A stretch of 64,000 bases of DNA from Octopus vulgaris (Eukaryota). The stretch spans positions 43,958,001-44,022,000 of the forward strand of contig OX597815.1 of the NCBI GenBank assembly GCA_951406725.2, in the 5' to 3' direction. Shown in pieces: positions 26,651 through 41,705 of the stretch. The stretch's first letter is position 1; each line of letters opens with the position of its first letter. Position numbers and translations under genes: made by a program. Below the pieces are notes generated by a model. The model saw only the letters and a list, made by a program, of their open reading frames with translations. It searched no databases and was not told the origin of the DNA.

Positions 26651-27689
26651 TTGTTGTTGTTGTTGTTATAGTTATCATGTAACCTCAAAGTAATCCTTGC
26701 TGGATCTAGATTTGCAGCAAGTAAGAAGCTGACTGAACAACTAAGTCTGATTTATGTAACTATTGTTTAAGACATTTCATGTCTTCGATTAGTGGCAGAC
26801 AAAATACGTCACCCAATTTAACAACCGACTTGGCTTTACAGTGTCTTCAGTGGACTAAAATATTAGAAGCAGGCCTTTAGTTTGAGGATAACTCATCATT
26901 TTCATATACTGCATCTTCCTTTGTGCTGTACGTATTCTCGTATTTCTCCCGGTCAGAAGACATAAAGTGAAACCGTTCTCCATCAGAGGTCCACTGGCAG
27001 CTACAACAGATGTCTTGTTCTCATATCTAACGTCTCAGGAGACTTCTTATTCGTTTGTAGGCCAGCACACAACCAATGATTCCCAGCTGGACAATTTACA
27101 GTGTTAGAAATATTGAATAGCAGCAAACTGTGAGTTGTGGTTTATTTATTTCCCTCCCTACCAGACTAGGGGATTTTTTAAATATCAAAGGTGTTGCCTG
27201 CCCTTTCTCACTTGAATAAGCCATAAAAATCACACCGTGGCACATTGACATGCAGTGATTTATTGCAGCGGTTTTCAAACTGGAAATGTCTCATTCCCGC
27301 TTCAAATGTAAGTGAAATTTTTGGCACCCGCTTCCTGTTTATACAGAAGAATATAAGAGCATTTGCATCCATATAATTCTTTCTCCGCCATGGTGTTGTA
27401 CAAGTTTAAAAACGTTAGAAGCTCTATAAATTATAGTAAATACGGTAATTTAACTTACTCTCTTTCAGTCCTCATACTGATTTATTTAGAAATATTCGTT
27501 GTTTAGAAAGGATTGAACATTTTTGTTATATTTAGCTAGTAATGAACAGGGCTATTATGAGTTCAAGGCTTCCTATTACATTACAGTGATCTAAAGCGGT
27601 TCGAAAAAGAAATCGAAACCATGTCACGAATTGAAACTGTTTTCATGCACGTGTTTCAGTAGTTAGACTGCAGTGATGTTGGGACACCG

Positions 27690-27963
27690 CCATGAAGATT
27701 TTTTAAAGTCTGTTATTTATAATATCCGTCTTTTGTTGAACGTAAGTTATGGGAACGTAAACACGCCCTCACCGGTTGTCCAGCGGTTGTCATACACATA
27801 TATATGACAGGCTTCTTTCAGTTTCTGCCTACCAAATTCACTCACAAGGTTTTGGTCGGCTCGAAGCTATAGTAGAAGACACTTGCCCAAAGTTCCACGC
27901 AGTGAACTGTGCCCGGAACCATGTGGTTAGGAAGCAATTTTTTTTACCACTCAGCCACGTCTG
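27690..27963 (-). mobile_element. SINE family B
   Basis: Reverse complement matches the family B head and part of the tail. Confidence 0.8.
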
Positions 27964-28064
27964 TGCCGAGTGTTACTATTATACATAGATTCACAAGTGA
28001 AAAATATCTGAAACTCGCAAAGTGTCAGTTTAAATATAAAAAACAACAACATTTTATAAGTTTC

Positions 28065-28462
28065 TTATTTCTTTATTGCCTACAAGGGGCTAAACATAGA
28101 GGGGACAAACAAGAACAGACAAAGGGATTAAGGCGATTATATCGACCCCACTTAATTTATCGACCCCGAAAGGATGAAAGGCAAAGTCAATCTCGGCGGA
28201 ATTTGAACTCAGAACGTAAAGACAAACCTGTTTCTTTACTACCCACAAGGGGCTAAACACAGAGAGGACAAACAAGGACTGACAAACGGATTAAGTCGAT
28301 TACATCGACCCCAGTGCGTAACTGGCGCTTAATTTAATCGATCCGGAAAGGATGAAAGGCAAAGTCGACCTCGGCGGAATTTGAACTCAGAACGTTAGCG
28401 GCAGACGAAATACTGCAAAGCATTTCGCCCGGCGTGCTAACGTTTCTGCCAGTTCGCCGCCT
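28065..28462 (-). mobile_element. SINE family A dimer
   Basis: Same full-plus-truncated layout as 5657. tataagtttc occurs at 28055-28064 and 28472-28481. Confidence 0.85.
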
Positions 28463-28479
28463 ATAACCTCATATAAGTT

Positions 28480-28579
<100 letters not shown>

Positions 28580-29243
28580 TCGTGTGTGTGTGTGTGCTTG
28601 TTGCTTTATCTCTTTTTCCTATGCCAATTCATTCCTTCTGTGACTGGAGGTAAGCAAAGTTGACTCAGTCAGAGTGCAGCATTTGTTCCTCTATACTCTA
28701 CAGTTTTGTCAGTGATCTGGATCCCACCGTAGAATTTTGGAATTACCAAATTGTTTTTAAGATGTTGTTATTGTTGTTAGTGCAACACTTTCTTTTTTTT
28801 TTTTTTAACGGAATCAGTTTTATGTAGGCAAGTTAACTTACTCAACCACATCGCAGCAAAACATTTGTTAGGTATATATTGTTTCAACCGCCTGCGGCAG
28901 GGAAGTGCAAGTTACTCTAGTATCAACTTTACATGAAAGAAAAGCTGCAACGAATTTAATGCGAAAATGTTTCACTGCTGAGATCTTAGGTTTTAAATTT
29001 AATCGTAAGCACATGCTGAAGTTTACAACGTTTCCATATCATATCTAATAACATGGCTATCGTGCAGAAAGAAAAGAAAGAATAAACAGAAATCGAGGTC
29101 AAACGAGGTGGATCAGCAGTGAAAGTTAGAAGATAACAAAAAAAAAAAAAAATAATAATAAATAAAATAAAAAAAAGGAAACAGAAAAAGACAGAGGAAA
29201 TGGTAGGAAACGAAATTGGATAATAAACCAGTATCTACATAAG

Positions 29244-29485
29244 TGTGGAGGCGCGTGGCTTTGTGGTTAGGGTGTATGATTGTGGCTTCGATTCCTGGAC
29301 CGGGAGACGCGTTGTGCTCTTGAGCAAAACACTTCATTTCCCGTTGCTCCAGTCCACTCAGCCGGCAGAAATGAGTAACGCTGCGATGGACTGGCATCCC
29401 GTCCAGCTGGGGAACACATACGCCGTTGAAACCGGGAAACTGGGCCTATGAACCTGGCTAGGCCTTAGAAGGGCGCATTTTTTTT
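29244..29485 (+). mobile_element. tRNA-type SINE family D
   Basis: A-box-like gtggctttgtggttagg, B-box-like ttcgattcc, then cttgagcaaaacact and ctgcgatggactggcatccc. A related 3' part lies at 53342-53440. Confidence 0.75.
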
Positions 29486-29780
29486 TTATTAACATAATTG
29501 CGAATCTTTAAGATGTTGCCAGTAGTACCTGACGTAATAAGATGGCGGCAATTACAGTTTAGGTACTGTTGCTACCATTGTGGTGGCGAAGGTGGTAGTT
29601 GTTGCTTGTTTAGTGTTAAGTCGGGATTGACTCTTAAAATTAAGTTTTTTATTCATGGCAGTTCCATAACAACCTAGAGCCTCATCGTCCACATTTTTTG
29701 TTTTTGTTTTCAAATCGGTTGAAGTGCTCTTCGTTACTGATCAACTTGCTGTTTCTAGCAGGTTGAGTAATAACGAAAAG

Positions 29781-29925
29781 CAGGCATGGGCAAACCTTTT
29801 CGAGAAGCGATCCGTATGGGATGTGGCTCAGCGTTTGGCGAGCCGCACTGCTAAAAAATTCAAAGCAATTTTTCGTTAGGCGTGTTATTCAGAAAGTCGC
29901 GCGGACAGCGGTTTACTCATTACTG
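29781..29925. mobile_element. Probable hAT MITE, degenerate
   Basis: Imperfect TIRs caggcatgggcaaac / gtttactcattactg; no TSD seen. Confidence 0.45.
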
Positions 29926-30279
29926 TTGTAGAATCTCCCATTGGATTATAATAGTTCTGTTCTGACCTTCCATCAACTTTCACTACTCTAACGGTCACTT
30001 TTCTCGTCAGGACAGGATTTTAATATTATCAGCCCACAGGGCATTTATCAATTTTATAGCGTTGTTGTTCTTTATAGCAATGAATCAAAAGCTGTACTGC
30101 AAATTGGTGCTTATTTTACCAGGTGTATATTATTGGCATTGCAAATTTTTATTTTGTGTACTATTGTTAGTAACATAAAATGTTGCTAGAAATCAGATCT
30201 AATATTCTAGCTGCTGTTTGTATTTTATTTTCTGCCAAAATTCTAGCACCTTCTTTTCTTTTTGATAATAGTTATAACT

Positions 30280-30930
30280 AATTCGTTAGCAAGCTGGACA
30301 AAAAGATTAGCGCATTTCTTCCAGTTTTACATTCTGTGTTCAAATTCCTCCGAGGTCGATTTAGCTTTTCAACTTTTCGCAAGGTCGATGAAATAAGAAA
30401 AATAAGTTGAACACTGGGGTCGATGTACTCGACTAAACCCTCTCCCGAAATTTCGGGCCTTGTGCCAATAATGGAAAGGGATAGTAGTTATAAACAGGCA
30501 GAATCATTAGCATGCCAGAAAAAAAAAAAAGGCCTAACGGCATTTCTCCCGGCTTTACATTATGAGTTCAAATTCCGCTGCAGTCGACTCTGCCTTCCAT
30601 CTTTTCGGAGTCGACAAAATAAATACTTGTTGAACACTGGGAGTTGATGTAATCCATTTGCTCCGTCCCCAAAATTTCAGGCCCTGTGCCTATAGCAGAA
30701 GGATTATGGTTATAACCTTAAAGCGGTGACTGCAAGAAGTAGCACAGTACCAGACAAATTGATTTACAATATTAAATTTAATGAATATTTACGTTCTTAG
30801 TTCAAATCTCACCAAAGTCGAATTCCTCATTTATTCTTTCGGGGGTCAAAAAATGAATTCTGGTTAAAATTTAAGCTGATGCACTCGAATATAACCAGAA
30901 TCCGCAAAATTTATAGTGTTGTGTTTACGC
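30280..30930 (+). mobile_element. Three tandem diverged SINE family A copies
   Basis: Repeated gttcaaat..gtcga motifs. Confidence 0.75.
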
Positions 30931-32021
30931 TAAAAATGATTATTAACTATATTTTTGTTCGGTTTTCGGTGTAATCATGTCACTGTTGTGATAGTTGCCT
31001 TCTTTATCTTGCTTGTAGGGTCGGGCGACGTGCCTGGACCAATGTAACCGTCTTCACCTGATCGAATGTTGAGGCATGAATAATGGCTTTGATTTTACTA
31101 ACATTCGACTTTTGCTTGCTAAAATGTCTCATCTGTAAAAGCCACAACAAATGATAACAGTAAATCGCTAACTAAACTGGATGATCTTGGTCGTTGAAAG
31201 TTTGTAGTCTGTTCGTCCTCTCAGCATCTAGTGATATTCATCTTTGATTCAATATGTTCATTTGCCGAAATAATTCACAACCATCGTAAGACATCCTATG
31301 ATCTCAACGTACCCAGGCTCTGGGATTGCATGCTATTTACCTCGTAACTGAGACCCGAACAAGTGCTACTACTCCGGATCAGAGTGGTTCCACACACCTC
31401 AAAAACACTGGAACTCCCGAACTGGGTACCGCTACAAGATGCAATTTAAAATCATTCTCAAGCCTGCACTACTATTTTATCGGCGTTTTGTCGATAACTT
31501 TGAAGTTTTAGTCGCTGATGTTCTGCTCTGGTTAATGTCCTAAGAGGACTTTCAGAAAAATGTAGTCCTGTATTATGTTATCTATCATTTATGAGGTCTG
31601 GACTGTTTCTTTTAGTATTCATGTGGACACAAGTGGTGTTCCATGTAGTATTAAAGTTAACAGTAGTAGAAGACTGATAATATAGATCAGGTGTGAGCAA
31701 ATCTTTGACTTAATGCAATTTATTATTTGCTCTTTTTTCTCTCGATTGTTCCAACGTACAGAGTGTTTTCGTTCTCGCCCGCCAGGATCCAGTCTCGAAA
31801 TGATATGGTAGCAAGTATCAATTTAGACCAAAATTTACAGCCCCCAAAAGGTAGGTCGACTTATATATCAAGACGACATTCGAAGACCAAAAATCCCATG
31901 TAAAATATAGCAGGGTTTGGTAAGATAGTTATAATATGCACACTTGTATGTATGTATGTATGTATGTATGTATGTATGTATGTATGTATGTATCATTGAA
32001 TGCCATGCTGTTATCTGCTTA

Positions 32022-32060
<39 letters not shown>

Positions 32061-32092
32061 TAGTTTTATTTATTATTATTATTATTATTATA

Positions 32093-32139
<47 letters not shown>

Positions 32140-32195
32140 CATTATAATTATTATTATTATTATCATTATAATTATTATTATTATTATTATTATTA

Positions 32196-32236
<41 letters not shown>

Positions 32237-32650
32237 TCTATTGTTTAGCTCGTATTCCGTACACAAGCTTACCATGAAGTTGATGCTCCACTTGATACTA
32301 CATTAGATACTAGAGTGGAGTGTGGAATCCATTACTGAACACGATTTTCGTTTGCCGAATGAGCTTCACAATGCCTTACACACACGCACACATACACGCA
32401 CACACACACACACATACACGCACACACACATACACGCGCACACACACACACACACATACACGCACACACACACACACACACACACGCACACACACATACA
32501 CACACACACACACACATACACGCACACACACACACACATACACATACACGCACACACACATACACGCACACACACACACACACACATACACGCACACACA
32601 CACATACTCACAAATATACATACATTCGTATAAATATATATGCATACACA

Positions 32651-32697
<47 letters not shown>

Positions 32698-33293
32698 TTA
32701 CACATGTGTGTGTTTATGTATGTAATGAGTGGGTATATGTAAGTGCATGCACGTGTTTGAGTGCTTATATAGGTATGCATGCCGAACATATAAATTACTT
32801 AAATATGTGGATACTGGTTTATGTGTATACTTCTACATAAATGCAAAAAGAGGGAAAGAAACAAACAAACAAAGAGGGAGAAAGAGGCAGAGAGAGGCAG
32901 AGATGAAATGAGATAAATTTCAAATCTTACAGTGATATGATATGTTAGTAATTAATGGACAGGTTAAAACCTATATAGAATTTGAAGCCTGCTGTATGAA
33001 ATAAAATACTATATTATACGTGAAATGAAATACAAAATAGTGGTATTTGGATTTCAAAGACGACATTTATGAACTCATAAGAAACTATATATGTGCATTT
33101 GTACACATGTGTTTCTACAAATACGTGTGCACATACAAGCATGCATCCTCATACGTGCGTGCGCTTGAACACACGTGCACACACATTATACGTATGTGTG
33201 TTAGATAGGGTTGGGATATTTGCTTATAGGGTGAAACATTTTAGAAACATAGCTACAACATATATGTGTATATATATATGTGAGTTGGAAGCG

Positions 33294-33415
33294 CAGGCAT
33301 GGCTGTAAGTCCAAAAATCTCGTTTTGCAGCCCCGCAGTTTCAGTCCCCCCCCCCACAGCCCGACCAATGGCCTGCAAGTGAATTCTGTAGACGGAAACT
33401 ATGTGGAAGCCTGTC

Positions 33416-33418
<3 letters not shown>
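33294..33418 (+). mobile_element. SINE family B head, diverged
   Basis: gcaggcatggctgt..gtagacggaaact..gaagcctgtcgtata. Confidence 0.7.
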
Positions 33419-33481
<63 letters not shown>

Positions 33482-33483
<2 letters not shown>

Positions 33484-33715
33484 CTGAGAATGTGTGTGTG
33501 TGTCTGTATGCGTGCATGACTAAAACTCGAGAACTACCCAACCGATTTCATTCAAAATTTACACATGCCTTACTTAGGGTCCATGGAGTGTCATGGACCA
33601 AAAATCTTTTCAACTAATGCGAGCTCGAAGCAATCTCTTATCTGTTTCGTTATTACGTGTCAAAAGTGAAACAATAACATCTCTATTGTAATGTAATATA
33701 ATACTTTCACTATTA
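33482..33715 (+). mobile_element. Possible non-autonomous Helitron-like fragment
   Basis: (TA)n-(TG)n followed by aaaactcgagaactacccaaccgatttcattcaaaatttacac, a motif common near the 5' ends of such elements. Confidence 0.4.
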
Positions 33716-33765
33716 TTTGGTTTCTATTACAATTACTTTCACTCTGTATTTATACAGATGTTTGA

Positions 33766-33903
<138 letters not shown>

Positions 33904-34314
33904 GGTAGATAATTGTTAAAAGGACAACAAACAATGCTTGTTGTCCTCTTAAATGTTTAATGGTTGTTGTCCTATTTAACGATAATGGCTCCACAATGGC
34001 TCCACAACTACCGTCTTGGCTATAACCTTGGAGCCCTAGTAATCCATTACAGCACTTACCTAGCGTCCTTAATCGTTTAGATCACCTGTGAACTAAACCA
34101 TCATACTTTACGATAATAATGTTTATAAATCTGAGGGTATATAGCATACAGCTTTAATTTTTTTTTATTTACTGCTTGACTATATATTTACGCACGCGCA
34201 CTAAGTTCGAACTCTTAAATGGATAAAGATGTAGCTGTCTTGCGCACGTGTTTTCGTTAGTATTTGCAACTACATACTTATTTATTAAGTAGTGATTCCG
34301 CTGACGAGCTACAG

Positions 34315-34377
<63 letters not shown>

Positions 34378-34424
34378 GTGTATGTATAAATGTGTGTATG
34401 TATATATATGTATATATGTTTATA

Positions 34425-34533
<109 letters not shown>

Positions 34534-34577
34534 CCATGATTGACCGCTAGCTACTAAAGCTTTTTTTTATTCTCTAT

Positions 34578-34633
<56 letters not shown>

Positions 34634-34635
<2 letters not shown>

Positions 34636-35450
34636 GACGGTCTCCTTTCAGTGTCCGTCTACCGAATCCATTGTCTAGGTTATGGTAGGCGTGAGGTACT
34701 AGTAAAAGACACTTGCTCAAATTGCTGCGCAGTGGTCTTGAACGCAAAACCACAAGGAAAGCAAACTATTTATAGACCCGCCATATAAGTTTAGAAAAAT
34801 GCACATTTACACATTTACGTTTATACACAAGCACACACATACACTCAAACACTTACAAGCACACACACATACACACACACACACACTCACACAAACACAT
34901 ACACACACACATACACACGCACGCACACACACAAACACACACACATATCTCTATATATAAAATATATATACATAAACAAACAGGAAGCCATACACTAAAT
35001 TTAATAGTCATCTCAAGTTATCAAAATATTGTAATGTTAAAAATAAGACTGTTATCTGGGTGCGTTTCTATTTATAAGTATACGCCTGTGATTTCTTCAA
35101 AGGCAGATTTTAGAAATACATCTTACGGACGCCTAAAATAGAAAGAAAGCAGAGGCGTGTGTGTGTGTGTGTTTCTGTGTGTGTGTGAGTGTATATGTGT
35201 GTATATAGTTTGTTTTTCTGACGCTTTCATATATTTTTAGCTATTATCTTTTATCTTTTACTCGTTTCATTCATTTGACTGCGGCCATGTTGGGGAACTT
35301 TTAGTCGAATGTACCAAGCCCAGTACTTACATTTTATAAGCCTGGTACTTATTCTATCGGTCTATTTTGCCGAACTGCTAAGTTACGGGGACGTAAACAC
35401 ACCAGCTCCGGCTGTCAAGCGATGGTGGGGAGGAACAAACACAGACACAA
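34634..35450 (-). mobile_element. SINE family B pieces (head 34634-34785, tail 35255-35450)
   Basis: Homology to the other family B copies. Confidence 0.7.
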
Positions 35451-35621
35451 AGACACACGCACGCACATATGCGTGATGTGTTTTTTAGAAAAGTAAACAT
35501 GTAACTCTTTCCCATTGTTGTTATCTAATTTTCAGCGAAGGCCTTTTAATTCCTCGGCAGAAACTAACTCCTTCTTTAATGGAGAACTATCAGAAGCTCG
35601 AAAGATAACCCTCGTGTGTGT

Positions 35622-35703
<82 letters not shown>

Positions 35704-36106
35704 AATCCAGATAGTGTCTAAGCTTGAAGAAATAAATATAAATTATTTCTGTAGTTGCCTTTCTATTCAAAAATTTCGTCCCGAATTTTGGTAAGGTGTT
35801 AATGACCTAGTGTTATTCAATGAGTTGTTTGTGTCTATATTTTTAGAATATCTCTCATAAGCCACCCTCGCAAATTCACCAAATTTAAACAAACTCAACC
35901 ATTCAGTAAACATTACGTTTACACATATATATACAATACATACATTCATACAATCATATGTATACACTTACATATATATAGACATACATACCAATCTATA
36001 TTCTTACATTCATACGCATATTCATGCTAAAGTACATATTATATGTTTACATACATTCATGCATAGATAGCTACATTCTCACAAACTTGCAAACGTATTT
36101 TTGCAT

Positions 36107-36161
<55 letters not shown>

Positions 36162-36259
36162 CGTACAAACATACATATATATACGTACATGCGAAGATAC
36201 ATACATATATATATACATACATACATACATAGAGGTCAACTACCCAGTGAATGTGAATG

Positions 36260-36510
36260 TACAATCAAAAGTCCCAGAAGAAGAGTATATTTAGGTCGAA
36301 TTATTGTAGAACTTACAGCTCTTGCACCCTGACTATGAATTCTCGTTTGTACCTATCATCATAGGTGCATTAGCTTATGTACCAACAAATTTTCGCAAAA
36401 ATCTAGGAATACACGGTTTTATGGAGAAACATCGAAAGGAACTGATGCGGTTTCTCCAAATCCAATCTTTTCTTGGTACAGCAAAGATACGTAAGACATT
36501 CCAAAATTCT
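36260..36510 (+). mobile_element. RLE-type LINE C-terminal fragment
   Basis: ELTA..PDYEFSFVPIIIGALAYVP..LQIQSFLGTAKIRKTF. Confidence 0.7.
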
Positions 36511-37023
36511 CTATGTGAGAATCTTATATGAATAGATGCACACTCTTGAGTGTATGCATCGGCAGTTCAACAAACACACCAGCTGAGCCACATATTTCCA
36601 AACACCGGGAACTCTCTTAACTCAAAAATTCTTTTCGCTTTGCTAACGACCGTCTTGAACTCTCTCAAGAACTTAAATAAAACTCAAAGACAAATCATAC
36701 ATACATACATACATACATACATACATAAATAAATTCGTAATATCACTCCAAGCATTCAGTCGGCGAGCAGGCAGAGTCGTTAGCACGCTTTACAAAATGT
36801 TTTGCGGCATTTCACCCGTCTTCAAGTTCTGAGTTTAAATTCTATCGAGGTCCACTTTGCCGTTCATCTTTTCAGGGGCGATAAAATAAGTACCAGTTGA
36901 GTACGGGGAGGAGGGCATGTAATCAGCTAACCACTTCTCCGTAATTGCTGGCCTTGTGCCAAAATTTTAAATCAGTATTACACGAAGCAATTCTAAATTC
37001 CATTATTTTGTAGAACTCATATA

Positions 37024-38244
37024 TAGGTCCTACAAAATAATGGAAATACCTTAATGGATTTAAGTTTTATTAATTAATACGGAGTTGCTCCAACTTTGGC
37101 TTTAGTCACATCTTTAATACGTTGAGGAGACGATTCGTACACGTTCTGAACAGTTGTGTGCTATTGAAGTCAAACCTGCGTTAGTTTCTTCAGCGACGGT
37201 GGCAGGCGGAAGCAGCCTCTCATTTGCTCTTTGAAAATGTACCATAAACGTATGGTTATTCAGCGATCGGTTATTGTTAGGCTGGAGTCTTTCCATGAGG
37301 TCTACTTCACCTTTTTGCACCTCGTACCAGTTTTGGATAATATTGGGTGTGTGAGTCGGTGTACTAATATCCTGGAAATTGTACAACCATCAGGTTGCAA
37401 TGTTTGTACCATATGGTGGATAATCAGATAATCCTTGGCTTCAACTCTGTCATGTATAACAACTAAAGGGCCAAAAGAATTTTGTGTTATGACTACCAAA
37501 ATCATCACAGAGCCACTTACATGTTTCACGGAAGGGACACAGCAGTCAGGTTTGGAGGCTTTTGTCGGCTGTCTCCAAGCATAATTTCACCCCGAAATGG
37601 AAACGGGATGATCGATAATTCATCGGAGATAATTCATATTGAGCCTCTGATCACTTTTCGTAATCTTGACACGATTTCCCCCACTTATCAGTGTTGATAA
37701 AGCACAGAAAAGGTTTTGAAATTGCAACCTTTCCATGGTATCTAATTTTATGAAGGTCACGAAGAGATGTTTTGGTTGACAAAGAGTTGTTAAGGTAGAG
37801 TTGTTAAGTCACTTTTCCTGCTATAATTCGATGGTCCTTAGACACAATATTTTGCGCAATTCTGCAGGCCTTTTCTGTAAGCTTTGCCTTCCATCCAGAA
37901 GTATGCACGCCAGAGCTGATTTTACTTCGGATTTGGAATGACAACACGATTCTGGAGATGTATCTTTCGAAATATTTAGCAATTCAGCAGTTTCAGAGAC
38001 TGAAACTCCCGCCATCTGCGTTCCAGCAATTTGTCCTCTCTGGAAATGTCATTCATTTTATCTTATTTAATTATAAATATCCACTAAAGGAAATGAAAAA
38101 GAGTGGGCTTGATCATGAAGTACAAGGTTTACATATGGTATATGAGCACATCTATACAGACTAGAATAGTTTTTAATTTGACATATTGCCGAAAGAAAAG
38201 ATCAATTAAATAAAAAAAATGTGTTTCCATTAATTCAACCCCTA
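37024..38244 (-). mobile_element. Degenerate Tc1-like transposon, same family as 15016
   Basis: TIR remnants caaaataatggaaatacc (~37033) and gtgtttccattaattcaacccct (38221). Remnants MAGVSVSETAELLNISK, KHVSGSVMIL..GPLV..DYL, FQD..PTHT. Confidence 0.8.
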
Positions 38245-38267
38245 TATGCACACCACTCTCTCTCACT

Positions 38268-38298
<31 letters not shown>

Positions 38299-38318
38299 AA
38301 CTCTCACTCTCTCTCTCT

Positions 38319-38387
<69 letters not shown>

Positions 38388-38979
38388 ACACGCATATTTA
38401 TACACCAGTCGATCCCTATTTTATTACTTTCTCCTAAATGACTTTTGATAATCATACTCCCCCACCATCTGTCTCATATATATCTCTTTATATAAAAGGT
38501 GATGTTCTCAAACCAATTTAAATAGTAATTTACAAAAAAAGAATTGTATTGTATCCTATTGAGCTTAGTCTAAAACGGAATTGCCTTTACTTCCTGAATT
38601 ATTATTTATTATTTGCTACCGATGAAATTTATTTTGTTTCAACAGGACACTTACAATACGCGCCCTTTTATTACACTTTCTGCTCTTCGCACTTAATTTG
38701 GGAGACGAAATTAGTCCCATCAGATTTTAACTTTCAATAACATATTTTTCAACAGTAACGTTGTATTCCACGTTGAAATGTTAAATAAAATAACCAACTT
38801 AACATATTGTATTTGCGCGTAAGTAACTGTATCCTGATTGTCCGAGATACAGTAGACATGTCCCACGGGGATCTGTCCGCTTATTTGTCTGTCTAAAGGG
38901 TATTTTTTTTATTTATCATTTTATGAACTATTACACGAGTCTGCATGATTTTCTGTTTAAATGTCTACATAACTTTATA

Positions 38980-39720
38980 AAACAATTTTTTACGCTGATT
39001 TCAGAGCTGTCATTAGTTTTTCTCCATCACTTCTAGTTTTTCTGTAATAAAGCTTTGATTTTTTTTTCTGTCTTATGATAACAGTGATTATCTGATTTAT
39101 TTTGCTCAACAAAATAGATTCCTATAAACCAAAGCTGACCTAATATTCGTAAAGATAAAATAGCAGCCAATATAAAGTTTATTAAACAGTCTTTAGAAAC
39201 TCTAACAGACAACATGGTCTTGAAAAGCTGTGTACATGATTACTAACTGATGCTTTAGTGTTGTTTTAGTAGTTCCAGAAGTCAGTCGTTGGTGATATTT
39301 ATATATAAACTATATTTAAAATGAATTCTTATAAACGTAAGTACGCGAATAATTGAAACGCGTTCTGCTACATTATGGCATTAAACAGCAACAAAATATA
39401 ACAGATCTTGAAAAAATTTATACGATGACAAATCTTGGGCTCTACACAAAGTATATCGCACTTGTGTAGAAAAGCTGAGACTCTGGAAACTAGGTAGGAA
39501 AAAAGAAATGTCCTTTGGAATACCAATGGTGTGACGAGAACTAAGATGGGTACAGTGCAAAAACTAAGCATAAGATAGTACATGGGATTGGCATTCCAGT
39601 TACTCGCCCCACCACTTGTTTTGGAGAATGTTACATCAGACAATGATGAAGAAGACAAATGTGAAGAAGAAGGTGATGACTACACTTCTGACGAAATCGA
39701 AAGTCTGCAGTTATTTACAC
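38980..39720 (+). mobile_element. Sola2-like DNA transposon N-terminal remnant
   Basis: RKYANN*NAFCYI..QNITD..DKSWALHKVYRTCVEKLRLWKLGRKKEMSFGIPMV*RE..VHGIGIPVTRPP; the superfamily assignment is from recall of these motifs. Confidence 0.65.
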
Positions 39721-39807
39721 AGGTTACATTAGTTAGAATATTTTGGTGGCTGTGTGTGTGTGTGTGTCTGTGTCTGTGTGTGTGCGCGCGTGCGTGTATT
39801 TATATTA

Positions 39808-41482
39808 CCGGACAACCTACGACAATGTCCCACACAACTGGCTCTCGGAATGTCTGAGGACTCTCGGAGTCAAAGCAGAAGGCAATAAGAGTGTAGTCTG
39901 AGATGTAGAACTGATATGTGCAAATGAATCGCTACGTACGTAAAAAAAAAATACGTAGAGACTCACTCTTTCTGTTACTCTTTATCATTGCTCTAATCCC
40001 TCTGGCAAATGTACTCAGAGAACTTAGGCCTGTCTATGAGTTTACCAAAACTAAGATAAGCATAAATCACCTACTTTATACAGATGACTTCAAGATATTA
40101 GCAAAAATGGGATAGAGCTGGATTCTCTAATGCAGACAGTGAGAATATTAAATAAAGACATAGGAATAGAGTTAGTGTGCAGTACTAACTATGAAGAGAG
40201 GCCGAAAGATACGTCCGATGGCTTAAAATTACTACAGCATCATTCGATCACCGTGAGTAATGAGGGATAGAAATACCTTGGTATATTGCAAAATAATAAG
40301 ACAATGGAAAGAGAAATGAAAGAAAATGTCACTAAATAGCACAAAAGAGAATTAGAAAAGCGCTCGAAACAAAATTAAATGAAGGGAGCAACATTAAAAC
40401 TAGCAATTGAGAAACTCTATCCCCTTTCTGAAATGGACACATATCGAGCGGTAGAGCTTAGAAGAACCAGAAAGCTGCTAACAATGCACAACATACTCCA
40501 TCCTGAAAGTTACACCGACCGACGCTATCTGCCAAGAAGGAAAGGTAGAAGAAGATTACTGAACGCAGAAGACACTGTTGGTACTGCGATACTGGGGCTG
40601 AAAAGTTATATTGTACAGTATAAAGAAATAAAATTTTCAACAGCCAGAGATACCCCAACACTGAATGAAACAGTCGGAAAATTCAAAGAGAAAAAGAACA
40701 ATAGAATGAACAAATGGAAAGAAATAGAACTGCATGGCCAATTCATGCAACAAACCAACAATTTTGGAAGTGAAGCCCGCTGGTTTTGGTTGACGGACAG
40801 GAACTAGAACGAGAAAGAGAGGCACTAGGACAAATCTAATCAAGGCAACGATCGACAAAACTCAGACAGCAAATATAGAATGTGTGGGAAAGGGGATGAG
40901 AGTATCAATCACATTTTGAATGAGTGCAGTATACTAGCACAAAAGGAGTACAATCTCAGACACAACGGCGTAACCGAGAGTGCATTGTGATGTAAGTTGA
41001 GTATGTGACTTCGAAACAACAGAAAAGTGTATGAACACGAACCAGAGGCAGTAATAGAAAATGAGAATTACAACATCTGGGACTTCGCCATAGAGAATAA
41101 CCATACTACTGAGGTATGAAGACCAGACATGTTTTAAAAGGACAAAATAAACAAAGAGTGCAAGATCATTGATTTTGCAAATTCCTTATGATACCAAAGA
41201 AAAGCAAAATATTGAGATATACCAGGATCTAGCCAGAGAGCTGATGAGACTGTGCAAGACCAAGACAACAATTATTCCTGTAATAATAGGTGCACTTAGC
41301 ACAACACCCAAAATGCTACCTAAAAGACAGGAAGAAATTGGAATTGAAACTCGCATTGTCGACTTGCAGGAAAGTACCACCCTATATTCTGCGAGAATCC
41401 CAAGAAAAATTCTTGAGATTTGAAGAGACTTGTCACCAAAATTCAAGTTAAAGTACCTACTAACTAAATTAGCATGCACTAA
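39808..41482 (+). mobile_element. R4/Dong-like non-LTR retrotransposon, 5'-truncated and degenerate
   Basis: YDNVPHNWLSECL, DSL..LLFIIALIPL, INHLLYTDDFK, KYLGIL, LPRRKGRR.L, WKEIELHGQF, CCHC-like RMCGK.DESINHILNECS, and RLE RPD..IID..YQDLAREL..IIPVIIGAL. Ends in (TAA)n. Confidence 0.9.
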
Positions 41483-41483
41483 A

Positions 41484-41538
<55 letters not shown>

Positions 41539-41644
41539 CAACAACAACAACAACAACAATAATAATAATAACAACAACAACAACAACAGCAACAACAACA
41601 ACAACAACAACGATAATAATAATAATAACAACAACAACAACAAC

Positions 41645-41705
<61 letters not shown>

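Noticed and set aside
26690-27090. Possible decayed LINE or exon
   Set aside because: Stops in the frames examined and no confident motif.
39854-39875. CUGAGGA plus GACUC/GAGUC hairpin as an HHR
   Set aside because: No GAAA box, and it lies in the R4-like RT frame (ECLRTLGV).
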